Assembly (NCBI RefSeq): GCF_001194135.2 | Contig: NC_068987.1 | Location: 108,043,954-108,107,366 of the forward strand | DNA from: Octopus bimaculoides | Lineage: Eukaryota | Direction: 5' to 3' | DNA length: 63,413 nucleotides | Part shown: positions 50,475 through 63,394 of the stretch, piece by piece | Position numbering within the stretch: position 1 is the stretch's first letter | How the letters are laid out: every line of letters begins with the position of its first letter | Program-made: the position numbers and the translations under genes | Notes under the pieces: generated by a model | What the model saw: the letters and a program-made list of their open reading frames with translations, nothing else | What the model was told of the DNA's origin: nothing | Databases searched by the model: none

Positions 50475-50558
50475 TGTTGCTGAAAGTGACTTCGAAGTTT
50501 TGGCCACCTAAGCCATCGTCGGACTTAGCTGGCCGAAATTTCGGAGTCACTGTCAACA
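50475..50558 (+). other. Long palindromic hairpin (tiny MITE or pre-miRNA-like)
   Basis: 50485-50506 pairs with 50530-50551 over 22 bp (3 G.U); then a C/C mismatch, CUAAG/CUUAG and an 11-nt loop; basal UGUUG/CAACA. Confidence 0.8.
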
Positions 50559-51572
50559 ATATTTTTGTATAAGAATTAAAAAAATGTTTCTCTGTAAATA
50601 TATAGAGTAACTTATCCAAATTAAGGAGAAATTGTTTTCATTATAACTGAACATAAATACAAACATTAATAAGTGTTTGTATATAGAACTCTATACTTGA
50701 CACAGACGAGCACATACACCCGCATACACATTACCCATGATATCCGCGTTAAATTGTAGTTTCTATTTACTAAAATATACAACCTATTCCAACATTAGTA
50801 TGAAATAAAAATGAGTCTATAATAGACAAAACGTAAGTGTTGAATTTAGAGATTTCATAACTATGAAAGGCTATTTATGTAATATATGAATTTTAGATTA
50901 CCGCGTCTATGTTTTTACTCGCAGCTATACATCAGAGAAGAAAAGAAGGACAAGGAAGATATGATGTGGGTTGCTTTTTGGTTTATTTGTTTTTTGGTCT
51001 TTTTGCCGCGGCAATCTAGATGCTATTCTGCTTAGCACGTTTTGTCTTATAATTTTTCTTTTATATATAAATGTATTCGTTCGCTTTGCTACTTGAAAAT
51101 GTTCGACAACGTTTAACTAGAATGTTTACATATGTTTAATATATTTTAGAAGTTTTTAATAACCAATTTCTAATATCTCAGATTCACAAAATCATTTTAT
51201 AAATATCTAAATCATTGAGATATTCCAAGTATTCAATACTATTTATATGCCAGATTGACTTTAGAAGTTCAGGTAAATATGAAATAAAAGTAGATAAAAA
51301 AAATTATGATACGACAAAAGAGGATTTGTAAGATACACAGTAACTATAGCTCTTTATCGATGAGCATCCTCCAATAAAATGAAGTTCAATATATGAATAA
51401 AACATAGAAGCTGAATAATGGCTACGTTGAAACGGGTGGGATTTGGGCTCAGAAATTAAAGGAAAACTAAACGAAAATCCATTTGGCCATCGTTCCACAG
51501 CAACTCTTAAATACTAACCAATATAACTTTTCATCAACTTGAAATATTTCCTGGCTAATATATATTTTAAAG

Positions 51573-51830
51573 GTGGGGGCGCGTGGCTTAGTGGTTAGGG
51601 TGTCAGCGCCATGATCGTAAGATTGTGGTTTCGATTCCTGAACAGGCCGACGCGTTGTGTTCTTGAGCAAAACACTTCATTTCACGTTGCTCCAGTCCAC
51701 TCAGCTGGCAAAAATGAGTCACGCTGCGATGGACTGGCGTCCCGTCCAGCTGGGGAACGCATACGCCATTGAAACCGGGAAACCGGGCCCATGAGCCTGG
51801 CTACACTTTAAAAGGGCGCATTTATTTATT
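51573..51830 (+). mobile_element. tRNA-headed SINE with V-domain-like core, full length, perfect 14-bp TSD
   Basis: A-box TGGCTTAGTGG, B-box GTTTCGATTCC, GCTGCGATGGACTGGCGTCCCGTCCAG, (TTTA)n tail; TSD tatatattttaaag at 51559-51572 and 51831-51844. Confidence 0.93.
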
Positions 51831-53078
51831 TATATATTTTAAAGAATTCTAACAAAACCTTCTGTTTCTTTCCCTCTAATCTGTCTTGGAGACATAGCAT
51901 AATGATCACGGACACCAATCTATCTCTGAATAGGTTAAGTAAAATAATTGTGATGTAATCTTAAATATTCTCTTTTTTATTTTATCAAAGATGGTGAGAC
52001 AGAGAGATGGGCAAAGACTTTTCAGCCTGGACTTTGCTTTTAAGTTACCTAGTTTAAATATTTAAAATAACATTAACATTTTATTATCCATTATATTCAC
52101 ACATACTTCTAACAGCCCCGAAATATTTATGTCCTTAGAAGAACTGAAATTTGTTATTTTTACTGTGCAGCAGCATGAGAATATTTTGACATCAGTGTCT
52201 AGTAAACACAGTGTCATTATACATGGGATGAAAATATAAACATTTGAATTCAATATCACACCGCAGAAAAACTACATTAAAATTTGTAGATGGTAGTAAC
52301 AGGATATATGTTAAACAATAGCGAGTATTTATCATTCGCTAGGTTGTACTAATTAGCATCCAATTTTCTATTTGAATTTAAGACCAGTTGGGATAAGTCA
52401 TAAAATCATGAGCATTCTTTGGGACGCCTACTGCATTCGAAATCATTGTCTTAATTTAATGTCATTTTAAATGATAAATTTATGCATTTACTTGCAGCTG
52501 CAATTAGCTAGAGAGTATGAAAGCATAAGCTTTTAGCCAGGCTAAATGAGATTTAAATTTTACTCATCACATATTTTATTATCCTTCCTTTCTAGTTTAA
52601 AAATGTATTAACCTCTTCTAACATTTAAACATTTTTCTCTAATATTTTGTATCGTTGATAACATATTTTACAAAATATAATTTCTACACTGTACTTATAA
52701 ACTTATATTTGCAAATTTTCTTGTCAAGTATCTAGAATATATAAATATTTAATGTGTTCAAAACTGTCGACAAGTTGGAATTTGGGAAGTTTAGGTAAAA
52801 TGAAATTCAAATGGAAAAATATATTCGTAATACAGCAAAATTTAGTTCTAGACAATGAACAGCACAATTCTTTTGTAGAGGGTTACTAATCATGCACCGG
52901 AAAATTATTCGAGTACATGATTAGTACATATGTTAATCAATTGCAGAAAGGTAAATTCTAAATTAAAACAGGTATTAATTTAACAGTTGTCTAATCATCT
53001 TTTCACCCGAATGTCTAAGAGGCTTTGGAAACTCTAAATTAGAAAGAAGTGTTCAGACTATGCCATAATATTACACAC

Positions 53079-53325
53079 TTTTCGTATACAAGCCAGCAGG
53101 GCACGCTCTGAACGCTCTAATATTTTCAAAGTGAGCGTACTGGCCACCTCAGACACTCGGCAAAGAGCACTCTTCTGTCCGTAGAGAGAAAAAGAAAGAC
53201 AATGGAATGCACTAATTATTCACTAATTTTGCTTCAACTCATGGTACATCGATACCTCGCGGATAGGATCCAGTACAAATTGCTGTGGTGCATCATTGTT
53301 ACAGATGTGTCTCGTCCGGTTATAT
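53079..53325 (-). CDS. Candidate exon pair (53325-53256 and 53174-53079), product unknown
   Basis: 81-nt GT-AG intron with strong pyrimidine tract (tgtctttctttttctctctacggacag); phase-compatible YNRTRHICNNDAPQQFVLDPIRE|KSALCRVSEVASTLTLKILERSERALLACIRK. No homology recognised. Confidence 0.25.
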
Positions 53326-53514
53326 CTCAAAAGATACCTAGATTTTTAATATCCCTTTCGCTAATATTGATTGGAGTACAATTTGGCAGTTGTCTGTAAC
53401 TAAACACATTAGCGAGAAACTTGTGTTAAAATGAAGAACACTTCTCGTAAAAGTAATAAATTTATTACCATGGATATATTGCATACATACATATACACAT
53501 ACATACATATATAT

Positions 53515-53790
53515 ATTTCTGATAGCTCTTAGATCCTCCAGTACTGTCAACACAACGGGTAACAAGCCGTCTCCAAATATCCCAATTGCTAACCTTCTTC
53601 TTTGCTCCATACGGGTGAATTCCCATCGCTAGCGTGTGCACCTCAACGGTATAACTCTACGTCTTTCTTGGTATTCCTCTCGGCTTTTTTCGCCTTCCAG
53701 TGTCCACTCCATCAAAATAGTAGCATGCTTCACAAATTTTCTTGCTGAGTAGGATGATATTTAGACATCCTGTGCAATAGAAATTGTGAC
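53515..53790 (-). mobile_element. RTE-clade LINE 3' end remnant
   Basis: Frameshift-corrected LHRMSKY...MEWTLEGKKPRGIPRKT*SYTVE...GAKKKVSNWDIWRRLVTRCVDSTGGSK matches the RTE C-terminal W-T-P-x-G-x-R-x-R-G-R-P and W-R-x-L-V motifs. Confidence 0.8.
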
Positions 53791-54168
53791 ATATCACAGG
53801 GTGGAGGAACTCAGGAGAGCAACGGTTATTCGGTATATTAAAGAACCCTCACCGACCGTAATGAAGACAATTCATCGAGGAGCAGGAAATCTTTAGCGTG
53901 GACATACAATCATCTGATAACATTCCTTTACACAGACAAAATTTTGAAGCTGTTATAGTTTCATAAGGATGGACGATATGCCGCTACGGAATTCACCCAC
54001 CGCGCTTCGATTTTTCCAGCTCAGCGCAATACCACTAATAAAATGTTAAAAATAAATGTATATATATACACATACCTATCAATCTATCAGTCTATTATCT
54101 ATATTCAATATATATGTACATATTCTATTTACTACACATAAACACACACAATCACGCACGCACACACA

Positions 54169-54257
<89 letters not shown>

Positions 54258-54619
54258 TCAATCATAACTTTAGTGTTCGTAGTATTGAGCATTAAGTAAC
54301 TAGAAATACATGCGAATAAACATCAAACGTTTCTTTATATATGTTGAAAATCGAGAAACTGTGGACAAATATACAAATAGTATGGTGCATTCTATTTTAT
54401 TTTGCTTTTAGTTTTCACATACCAACAGCAAAAGAAATCTACTCTCCAGTTAGAACAATAATTCAATTGTATTTAAACAGTACGCAGTTTATGAGTAGAT
54501 ATTAGAAATATCACAGAAAACTGGCGAACAACATTACATAGTTTTTTTTTTAAACTCCAGGCAAAAGAAAGGCGCAAATGTGTCTGAGAACACAGGTCAA
54601 AAATATAGCATTGGAAATA

Positions 54620-54695
<76 letters not shown>

Positions 54696-54859
54696 CTCTG
54701 TCCCTCTCTACCTCTCTGTCTCTCTATGTTTATCTCTCTATATCTATCTCTTTACGCACACATCATACGCTACCTATATTTCCCTCAATACTCTCTTAAT
54801 AAACTCTTACTGAACATACGTGACAAAATGTCAGTAATCAAACGATATCGCTAAAGTCA

Positions 54860-54902
<43 letters not shown>

Positions 54903-55579
54903 CGGTACACGCGCATAATTAATATTAATTCATCTAATGCAAAAGCATTGACTAGAAAAAACTCTGAAGTATTTATCCTCAAAACCTTGAGACAAATATA
55001 ATCGATATTAATTTTTACATAAATTAAACCAGGGGTACACAGCTAAATAGCTACAGATGCTGAGGTGATGAAAATAAAATTGGCGCATAAGTAATATTAC
55101 TTTTTCTTCGCTGCACAATTACTTCTGGTTATATTTTTATTTTCAATATGTTAAGTTACTTGATCTTCCCCAAACTTTCTGAACTTCAGTACACAATTAG
55201 ATATCTCCTTGTTTATGAAGCTTTCTAATATAGAGATATTTTGCTCTCTTTTCTTTATCTCACATCTTTTACTTTTTGTTCAGTTACTGGACTGCGAGTT
55301 TGCTGCAGTAATAACTTGAAGTGAATATTCGAATAATATCTACTCCATTACTCTTTTAAGTATTATATACATGTGTGTGTGTGTGAATAGTTGTTTGCAG
55401 ATATAATTATTTTGCAGGCTCCTTTCACCGACGGCGGTTATCATGCGGTATGGAAGGACGAGCTTAAAGACCTACACACTCGTACATACATACATACATA
55501 CATTCAAGGGTACATATATATGTGTATGAACGCCTGTTTTTTTTTTGTTTGTATGTATGTATGTATGTATTATGTACGA

Positions 55580-55800
55580 GTGTGTAAGTCTCTAAACTCG
55601 TCCTTTCTTCAAAATGTCACCACGTGTGAATCGTTGGCGATTTTCTGCCTCCGTCTTCATTTCTATTGAACTTGCCTCTGTTTCTGAAGAAGAGCGTTGC
55701 TCGTAACGTTAAACCATCTTTCTTTCGTTCCATGAGTGTCTGCTAATACTGTACATATACCACGTCTTCGCGTTGTTGTGTTTTATTGTGAGTTTGTTCT
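55580..55800 (+). mobile_element. Penelope-like terminal-repeat remnant with near-intact minimal hammerhead (55680-55714)
   Basis: GTTT-CTGAAGA-A-GAGC/GTT/GCTC-GTAA-CG-TT-AAAC; the only core defect is GAAA to GTAA. Confidence 0.7.
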
Positions 55801-55851
55801 CTTTTTGGGGGGCGGGGGTTAAGCTCATCTTAGCACAGAAATATTTCCCAG

Positions 55852-56029
55852 AGTGGTTGACAATTTGGGTCCAGGATATTACGAATCTACCACCTTTTTT
55901 TCAAAACGAAGTTTAAATCAACGTCAAAACTATTTTTATGATTTATTCAGGATAGAAATTGCAAAGCTAATGATGATTTTGTTGTCTTTAAGATTCATGG
56001 CTGAAAACGGTGAAGCCGGAAGAGTTGAG
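55852..56029 (+). CDS. Candidate exon with a GPGxY (SHIPPO/STPG-repeat-like) motif
   Basis: Acceptor atatttcccag, open frame VVDNLGPGYYESTTFFSKRSLNQRQ...MAENGEAGRVE, donor GAG|gtaatt. Single short motif only. Confidence 0.22.
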
Positions 56030-58059
56030 GTAATTCTTATTATAAAATGGACCGCAAACAAATCCATTTTACGATATATGCTAGTGTAGATTAACGATGT
56101 TTAGCAATAATTGCCAAAAGACTGGCAAGATGCCTCACTTTCGTTTGTGAAGAACCAATAAACTCCAAGTTCAAATCCATGTCAATTTAGATATGTTGTT
56201 TACGGAATCGATTAAATGCGCTCGATGTAGTCTTCAGTAAATTTTATTGACAATACGCTTCTACAAATAAATCTAATATAGTGGCTTTGCTATAGCATCT
56301 GAATCAGGAATCCTATTTAGCTTTATTAGAAATATTTTATTCTCTTCTAAAATATTTTTATACAAACTTCATGAATGCCAACTTGTTTCTCTCTTATTTT
56401 GAATATTTTAAATACATAAATAAATTAGATATTTGCCGAAGACGTTTGTGAATTCGAGCTTTTAGACACCATGTAGAGTAGACATTTACAAAATATATAA
56501 ACAAAAGCAGAAAATGTAATTAAATATTGTTGAAAATTTTAAAATTGTGAAACGAATGAATATAATGCTATAAAAGAAATTAGTAGACAATATTTGTTAT
56601 GCATAATTTTGAAGATAACTGCAGAAAATTGTGATGTCCTCTTTACAGCTGCAATCAAAATAAGTAGCAGTCGTCTGAAATATACTTATTAGATTTTACA
56701 TAAACAAAACGAGTGTTTTCCTAGACTTGAAATCGTTAAGTTTAACGTATAATGATTATCTTTTATAGCTACAATTATATACGATGCCAAAGTCGATTTG
56801 ATCATACATTAGTAACCAGTAACAATAAAGTAAATACGAGTCAACGAGGAAATCGCTGATGATGTATGCTTTATTTCAGTTACATGCAACAAACGGATAT
56901 CAGGGGCCCATATTTTTATGCGGGTTAACCACATAGAAAGGTTGGTCTCGTGACCCACATTGCGTTTCGTTAATATACATGCATGGGATGCATTATTAAA
57001 CCTGTTTTCTTGAGCGAGAATGTTTTTTTTTGTTTGTTTTGGAAATTCAGGCATCATAATCAACATACAGAAGGGCACAAGGGATTACAAATTTGGCTGG
57101 TATTTGTAATTCGTTATATTTATATCATGAGTAATAAAGGAACTGTTTATCTCACACACATCAATTCAATCTGAATTGAACTAGGAGAAATTCTACTAAA
57201 GAGAAAATATTTGTTACGGTGACTGAAGTCTATAACTACACCACATCAGCTAGGTTAACCTGACTTTATTAACATCACTTGAATAAATATATCTATCAAT
57301 ATGTAATCGGCTCTATTGGTCTTCTGCAGAGAGCATGTATTGATTTACAAAGTAAATATTTACAGTGATACACAGAAATACGTTGAGACAGTGGAATGAT
57401 GATAATGTATATAAAACAATGTACAGTTTTGTATGCAAAAGATGAATTATATTGTTCTTTGATATGTATTGACTTAAATATTGTTTTTATTTTTCAATCA
57501 ATAGACAGTGCCCCTACTGGAAGGCCGCCTTAATGAGACTGATTATCAGCAGTAATAAGTCGATTGCATCGACATCAATACTTATTTCAACTTGCTACAT
57601 TGTTTATATATAGTTTTCATCTGCTTTTAATTATTTCAAATCTTCCTCTGAGGAAGGAGCTGGTTTCTAATAGAGATACAAAGCTTCATTGCTGGAATTT
57701 AATAATGTAAGTAATGAAACAATATCATATTTTAAACTTTAGAAAAGTCTTGCATATCCTTACTATTCTTTTTACAGATTGTATTTGTATTGTACGAGTT
57801 AATTGGTTGTTCTCTTTCTCTGTAAACCTTAGCTTGTACAGTTCGTCATATATGCATGCATGTATGTATGTATGTATGTATGTATGTATGCATGTATGTA
57901 TGTATATATGTGTGTAAGCTACAGACCTTCATTACATAATTCTTGATATTTTGTCATTTATGAAACTTTATGCATAAACGTGTTTATGTGCTTGTGTGTG
58001 CTTGTATGTTTGACCGTTTGAGCGTTTGCGCGCGCGTATGTTTGCGTGTGTAGATGCAC

Positions 58060-58203
58060 CTGTATGCAAACTGTTCAGCAAAAGAATGACTGATAGGAAA
58101 TTACCAAGATGAAAACAAAACAGTAGGGTCGATTCGCTCGAGAAATATTCCTGAAGGCCATGCTGCAGCATGTTTGCAGTGTAACGACAGAAGCAAGTAG
58201 GGG
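58060..58203 (+). mobile_element. OR2-like SINE 3' fragment (similar minus-strand fragments at 55266-55350 and 57484-57585)
   Basis: GGGTCGATTCGCTCGAG...GAAGGCCATGCTGCAGCATG...GCAGTGTAACGACAGAAGCAAGTAG. Confidence 0.6.
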
Positions 58204-58590
58204 AATACATGTGCACATACACACATACATGCATACATACCGGCTTTTGTATATATCTGTCATGCTGGGTTTCGGCTAAGCATGCTGGATGCGCGTACAC
58301 ATTATTGATAGCGCTCAAAGTGACCAAAATGTATCTAACGTTCTCATTCACTACTTTGAGAAGAGACTCCTTTTCTACTTTGTACTCATTGTATTTTTAA
58401 ATACAACGTGTCCATAGGAGATGTTATCTGCCGAGACAAGCAACGCTCTGAAATTTCTTCATCATGATATATTTACATTCATTTCGATATATGAATTAGT
58501 ATTTTAATCTAATAAGACATCTACTACACATAACGGATCCTTTGTCAGCCGGTGGCTATTTGCAACACCAATTGTTACTTTTCACTGTTG

Positions 58591-58644
<54 letters not shown>

Positions 58645-59702
58645 TATGGTGAGCGATTTGTGTAAGGATGCAGGCTGTGAGGGCACGTTATTGATAAAGA
58701 ACAATGAGGCAGAAATTCACCCAATGTTCTCATGCACCGCTGCTGGAAGGTGTTATTATTTCTGAGTGAAAACTGACTCTCTCAATATATATTTACATTA
58801 ATTATGATATCAGGTTGTTATTTCGCTATTTTAATCTAATAATGTTTTTCTTGCACATATCAAATATATTAATTATATATATATATATATATATATATGA
58901 GTTTGTGTGTGTGCGTTTGTGTGTGTGTGGATACACACATATATATATATTGTCATATGGCGGGATGGACATTTTTTTACTTGCCTAATAAGTACAAGCA
59001 TTTGTTGTATATATTCGTTGTATTCGTTCTTCACTCGTTTATTATTTGTCTTATTTTATCACATGTCTGGAGATCTTTCGTCACACTCCTGTGATCTTTT
59101 CAGCGACTCTTGCAACCCACGTGTCTCCCGTTCTCTATAGTCCATTCAGTCTTTTATCACAGAAAAACTTAAAACGTGTATATATATATATAAGACTGGA
59201 GCGAACACGTTACAATGAAGTAGAGAAATTTGAAAAGACAACACGAAACCGGTTATTTCTCAAAATACAATGTTTATATACCAAAAAGATTTTATAATAT
59301 TTTTCTAACATTTTTCTGACATAATTTAAATATATACTTTAACCATGTAACACAAGCCATCTGTAGTGTTTTCACTCTTATTATCTTTTATATATNNNNN
59401 NNNNNNNNNNNNNNNNNNNNNNNNNNNNNNNNNNNNNNNNNNNNNNNNNNNNNNNNNNNNNNNNNNNNNNNNNNNNNNNNNNNNNNNNNNNNNNNNNNNN
59501 NNNNNNNNNNNNNNNNNNNNNNNNNNNNNNNNNNNNNNNNNNNNNNNNNNNNNNNNNNNNNNNNNNNNNNNNNNNNNNNGTTATATGTATGTAAAATAAT
59601 TTTTCTGAATGTTTTAATGTGCTACGCCACTGGTTTTAAATTGATACTAATAAAATTAATATTCACTTTTTCACCCTTATTATTTAAATTTATATATATA
59701 TG

Positions 59703-59758
<56 letters not shown>

Positions 59759-60059
59759 TATATGTATATACGTGTGTGTACATACATATTTTTCTTTTAA
59801 TATGCACACATTTCACTTTGCTGCAGTTCAGTCAGCGGTAGAAATGCGTTGCGATATCAGTGGCGCCAAGCTGTATCAGTCTTTGCGTTTCCCTTGCATA
59901 ACATTGATAATTTTCAGGTATATATATTTAAGGTATATATATATTTATCATCAAGTATTTTGAATTATTGTTCTTACAAATATTTACTCACGTTCGACTT
60001 AAAGACAAAAAAGAATTCATTTTGTCTATAATGCACCGCTTACTTATATTATACTACAG

Positions 60060-60462
60060 TTTCTTATTCTTTAATTCTCTAACTTGTCTCAGTCAATAGA
60101 CTGTGGCTATGCTGGAACACCGCCTTTTAGTCGCAGAAATCGACCCCTCGACATGTTTATTGTAAGCCTGGTGCTTTTACTATCGGTTGTCTTCTGCCGA
60201 ACCGCTAGCTTACAGGGACGTAAACACATCAACATCAATTGTCGAACGATGGTGGCGGTACAAATACAGACATAAACACAAACACACGCATATATATATA
60301 CGACGGGTTTCTTTTAGTTTCCCTCTGCCAAATCCACTAACAAAGTTTTGGTCGGCCTGAGGCCGTAGTAGAAAACACTTGCCCAAGGTGTCACACAGCG
60401 GACTGAACCTGGAACCGTGTGGTTGGGAAGCAAGCTTCTTACCACATAGCCAGGCCTGCGCC
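60060..60462 (-). mobile_element. CORE-type (OR2-like) SINE, full length
   Basis: Plus-strand CACTTGCCCAAGGTGTCAC and GGACTGAACCTGGAACCGTGTGGTTGGGAAGCAAGCTTCTTACCACA are the reverse complement of the CORE and head. Confidence 0.93.
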
Positions 60463-60653
60463 TGTACTTTTTTTTGCTGCGAATAGGCCTAACTGTAGTC
60501 ATTCTGTTGCCAAAAGCTGAAGCTATCAACTTAGAAATGTAAATTGAAAATCCTATCTTCAATGTAGTGTGTTCAAAGTAATTGCTTATATAAAATATAG
60601 ATGTATATTATAGACAAGTTTTAATTCTCTATGTGTCTACTTTCATTTTTTAC

Positions 60654-60884
60654 CAATTTGTTCATATTAAGTAAATGTCTCTCTCAAACATGTACTCAAA
60701 ATCTCATTCTCACATTCACAAATACCTAAATTATTGTAGCAGTTTCAATGTCGTTCACCTGATTCTATCAATTTGTTCATATTAAGTAAATGTCTCTTTG
60801 AAACATGTATTCAAAATCTCGTTCTCACATTGAAAAATACCTAAATTAGTGTAGCTGTTTTGAATGTCGTTCACTTGCTTCTAT
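60654..60884. repeat. Diverged tandem duplication, 115-116 bp x2
   Basis: 60654-60768 and 60769-60884 both start CAATTTGTTCATATTAAGTAAATGTCTCT and align throughout with scattered substitutions. Confidence 0.92.
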
Positions 60885-61191
60885 TGCTAAGCAAGCTCAG
60901 TTTTAGAAGTTCAGGTGAAAGTGAATCAGAAAATGATAGATGTAATACTCAACCAAATTAATCATGTCTTCAAGGATATTCACAGCATTATTGGCTGGCA
61001 TAACCAATTCTAAAGGCGGACCAAGTGTTGCACTTCATTATATTTTATGTACGAATATTTAATTAAAATTCCACTAGTATGTTCATAGAGTTGACAGAAA
61101 TGCATACATTTCCTGGTAAAAGACTAATAGACAAGATGAATGGAATGAATAATAGTTTGTTAGCCAAAACAGTAAATATAAAATATATATT

Positions 61192-61575
61192 GTGGAGACG
61201 CAAAGGCCCAGTGGTTAGGGCAGCGGACTCGCGATCATAGGATCGTGGTTTCGATTCCCAGACCGGGCGTTGTGAGTGTTTATTGAGCGAAAACACCTAA
61301 AGCACCACGAGGCTCCGGTAGGGGATGGTGGCGAACCCTGCTGTACTCTTCCACCACAACTTTCTCTCACTCTTTCTTCCTGTTTCTGTTGTGCCTGTAA
61401 TTCAAAGGGTCAGCCTTGTCACACTGTGTCACGCTGAATATCCCCGAGAACTACGTTTAGGGTACACGTGTCTGTGGAGTGCTCATCCACTTGCACGTTA
61501 ATTTGATGAGCAGGCTGTTCCGTTGATCGGATCAACAGGAACCCTCGATGTCGTAAGCGACGGAGTGCCAACGAC
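61192..61575 (+). mobile_element. OR1-like tRNA-derived SINE, full length with 10-bp TSD
   Basis: Head GGCCCAGTGGTTAGGGCAGCGGACTCGCG...GTTTCGATTCCCAGACCGG, long body, end GTCGTAAGCGACGGAGTGCCAAC; TSD aatatatatt at 61182-61191 and 61576-61585. The family name is from memory. Confidence 0.9.
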
Positions 61576-61711
61576 AATATATATTACCATTGTGTTGGTT
61601 GGTTGGTTGGCTGGTTGGTTATATCTCATTAAAGTGGAGATTCTATTCTGCTCTGCTTCACCTTCATTCTCTATATCGTTGCTAAAATAAAGATAACGAC
61701 TTTTAAATGTT

Positions 61712-61920
61712 TTATCTTTTATCTGTTGAAGTCATTAGACTGTGGCCATGCTGGGGTACCAACTTGACGTGTTTAGTCGAGTATATCGACCCAGGAGCAT
61801 ATATTTTATAAGCTTGGTATTTATATCATCGGCCTCTTTGTGCCGAACTGTTAAGTTATAGAAACTTAAACGAACCGACGCCAGTTGTACAGTGCTAAAA
61901 AAACACACAGACGCATGCAC
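61712..61920 (-). mobile_element. OR2-like SINE, 3' half
   Basis: GTCATTAGACTGTGGCCATGCTGG...TTTAGTCGAGTATATCGACCC...TGCCGAACTGTTAAGTTA. Confidence 0.8.
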
Positions 61921-61950
61921 ACACATGCACGCACACACGCATTCCCACCA

Positions 61951-61995
<45 letters not shown>

Positions 61996-62552
61996 ACACA
62001 TTCGATGGGTTACTTTCAGCTTCAATTCCGTCTAGCAAAGCCACAAACACAAAGCATTGTGCGACCCGGGATAACAGCTCGTTGTTATGTTCGTTCACGA
62101 GCTTCGTCACATTCGTATTGCCTGTTCTGGTATAAAGTGTGCCACACGTCATATATTCATATATCGAAGTGATAGAGGACTGACGTGGGATGAATTGATT
62201 TGCTCAAGATGCAAACGCTAAAGATCCCAACTGGGATATAAGTCAGTATCTCGTGATTAAGAGTGGAACCTGCTAACATCTTCAGAAACAATGCACGTTC
62301 CCTCACTGTGCATATAATCACACACATATAATCACAGACACACACACACACAAGCAGGCGAGCGCAAACACACAGCTGCACATGTACACACATATAAATA
62401 CGTACATACATATATATAAATATATATATATATATATAAATATATATATATANNNNNNNNNNNNNNNNNNNNNNNNNNNNNNNNNNNNNNNNNNNNNNNN
62501 NNNNNNNNNNNNNNNNNNNNNNNNNNNNNNNNNNNNNNNNNNNNNNNNNNNN

Positions 62553-62583
<31 letters not shown>

Positions 62584-62899
62584 TATGTATCCTAAGTTAT
62601 TTGATATGTGTCATGAATACGGTACGTTGTTAGCTAAATTACACTTTTGGTATCATTGCAAATTTGCCATAAAATCTAACATGTCATATTATAAAAATTG
62701 TTTCTCCAATGAATTCCCTTCACCAATTAAATATACATACAATTTGAATGATGTCGGTATGGTTCGTTAGAAGAGGTGCCTATTGATATATCGTTTTCCA
62801 TGAGGCATCCCTGTTCTGCTTCTGCTCAGAGGAATTTCATTTAAAACCCTATAGTTGTCTCTGTCTTTCTTTCCTTGCATATATATATATATGGGAGAA

Positions 62900-63060
62900 T
62901 ATACAAATAATAACAACAGACGAGGACAGGTGGTGTAAATAACAAAAGTATATATTAGTATGACGCTCGGGAATACGGAAAGTCTTTGACGTTTCGAGCT
63001 ACGCTCTTCAACAGAAAGAATACGGAGACAAGGAGAAAAACACGCAGAAAAAAAAAATAT
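62900..63060 (-). mobile_element. Penelope-like terminal-repeat remnant with near-intact minimal hammerhead (63019-62983)
   Basis: Minus strand TCTTT-CTGTTGA-A-GAGC/GTA/GCTC-GAAA-CG-TC-AAAGA; the only core defect is A6 to U. Confidence 0.72.
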
Positions 63061-63084
63061 ATATATGTACACACACACACTAAG

Positions 63085-63300
63085 ATGAACTTAGATATGT
63101 TTCGAGCAAGGGTCATATCTAACTTAATATCGCCACCTGATAGGATTATCTAAATCCTTTTCAAGTCATTTTTTGTGGTATCATGGTCCATTCAAGTAAG
63201 GAATTCTTGCTGAGTGAGTTGTATCCAGGTACGGTGAATTATCTGGTATTCCTTGAAGATATTTGTCCAGACTCCATGGCCTGGACCAATCTTTGGTCGG
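63085..63300 (-). mobile_element. CR1-clade LINE 3' end remnant
   Basis: Frameshift-corrected SLDKYLQGIPD..P.PGYNSLSKNSLLEWT resembles the invertebrate CR1-type ORF2 terminus (LDKxL..IPD.P..PGY...NSL), followed by a short UTR. Confidence 0.7.
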
Positions 63301-63355
63301 AACATGTCTAAGTATATCTAAGCATATATATTTATATATATATATATATATAAAT

Positions 63356-63394
<39 letters not shown>

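Noticed and set aside
53610-53745. Minus-strand exon-like frame ARKFVKHATILMEWTLEGEKSREEYQERRRVIPLR
   Set aside because: It is a frameshifted RTE LINE C-terminus.
61192-61265. tRNA-like sequence with A and B boxes (also at 51573, 35490-35563 and the family A heads)
   Set aside because: These are SINE heads that continue into family bodies and tails, several with TSDs; they are not stand-alone tRNA genes.
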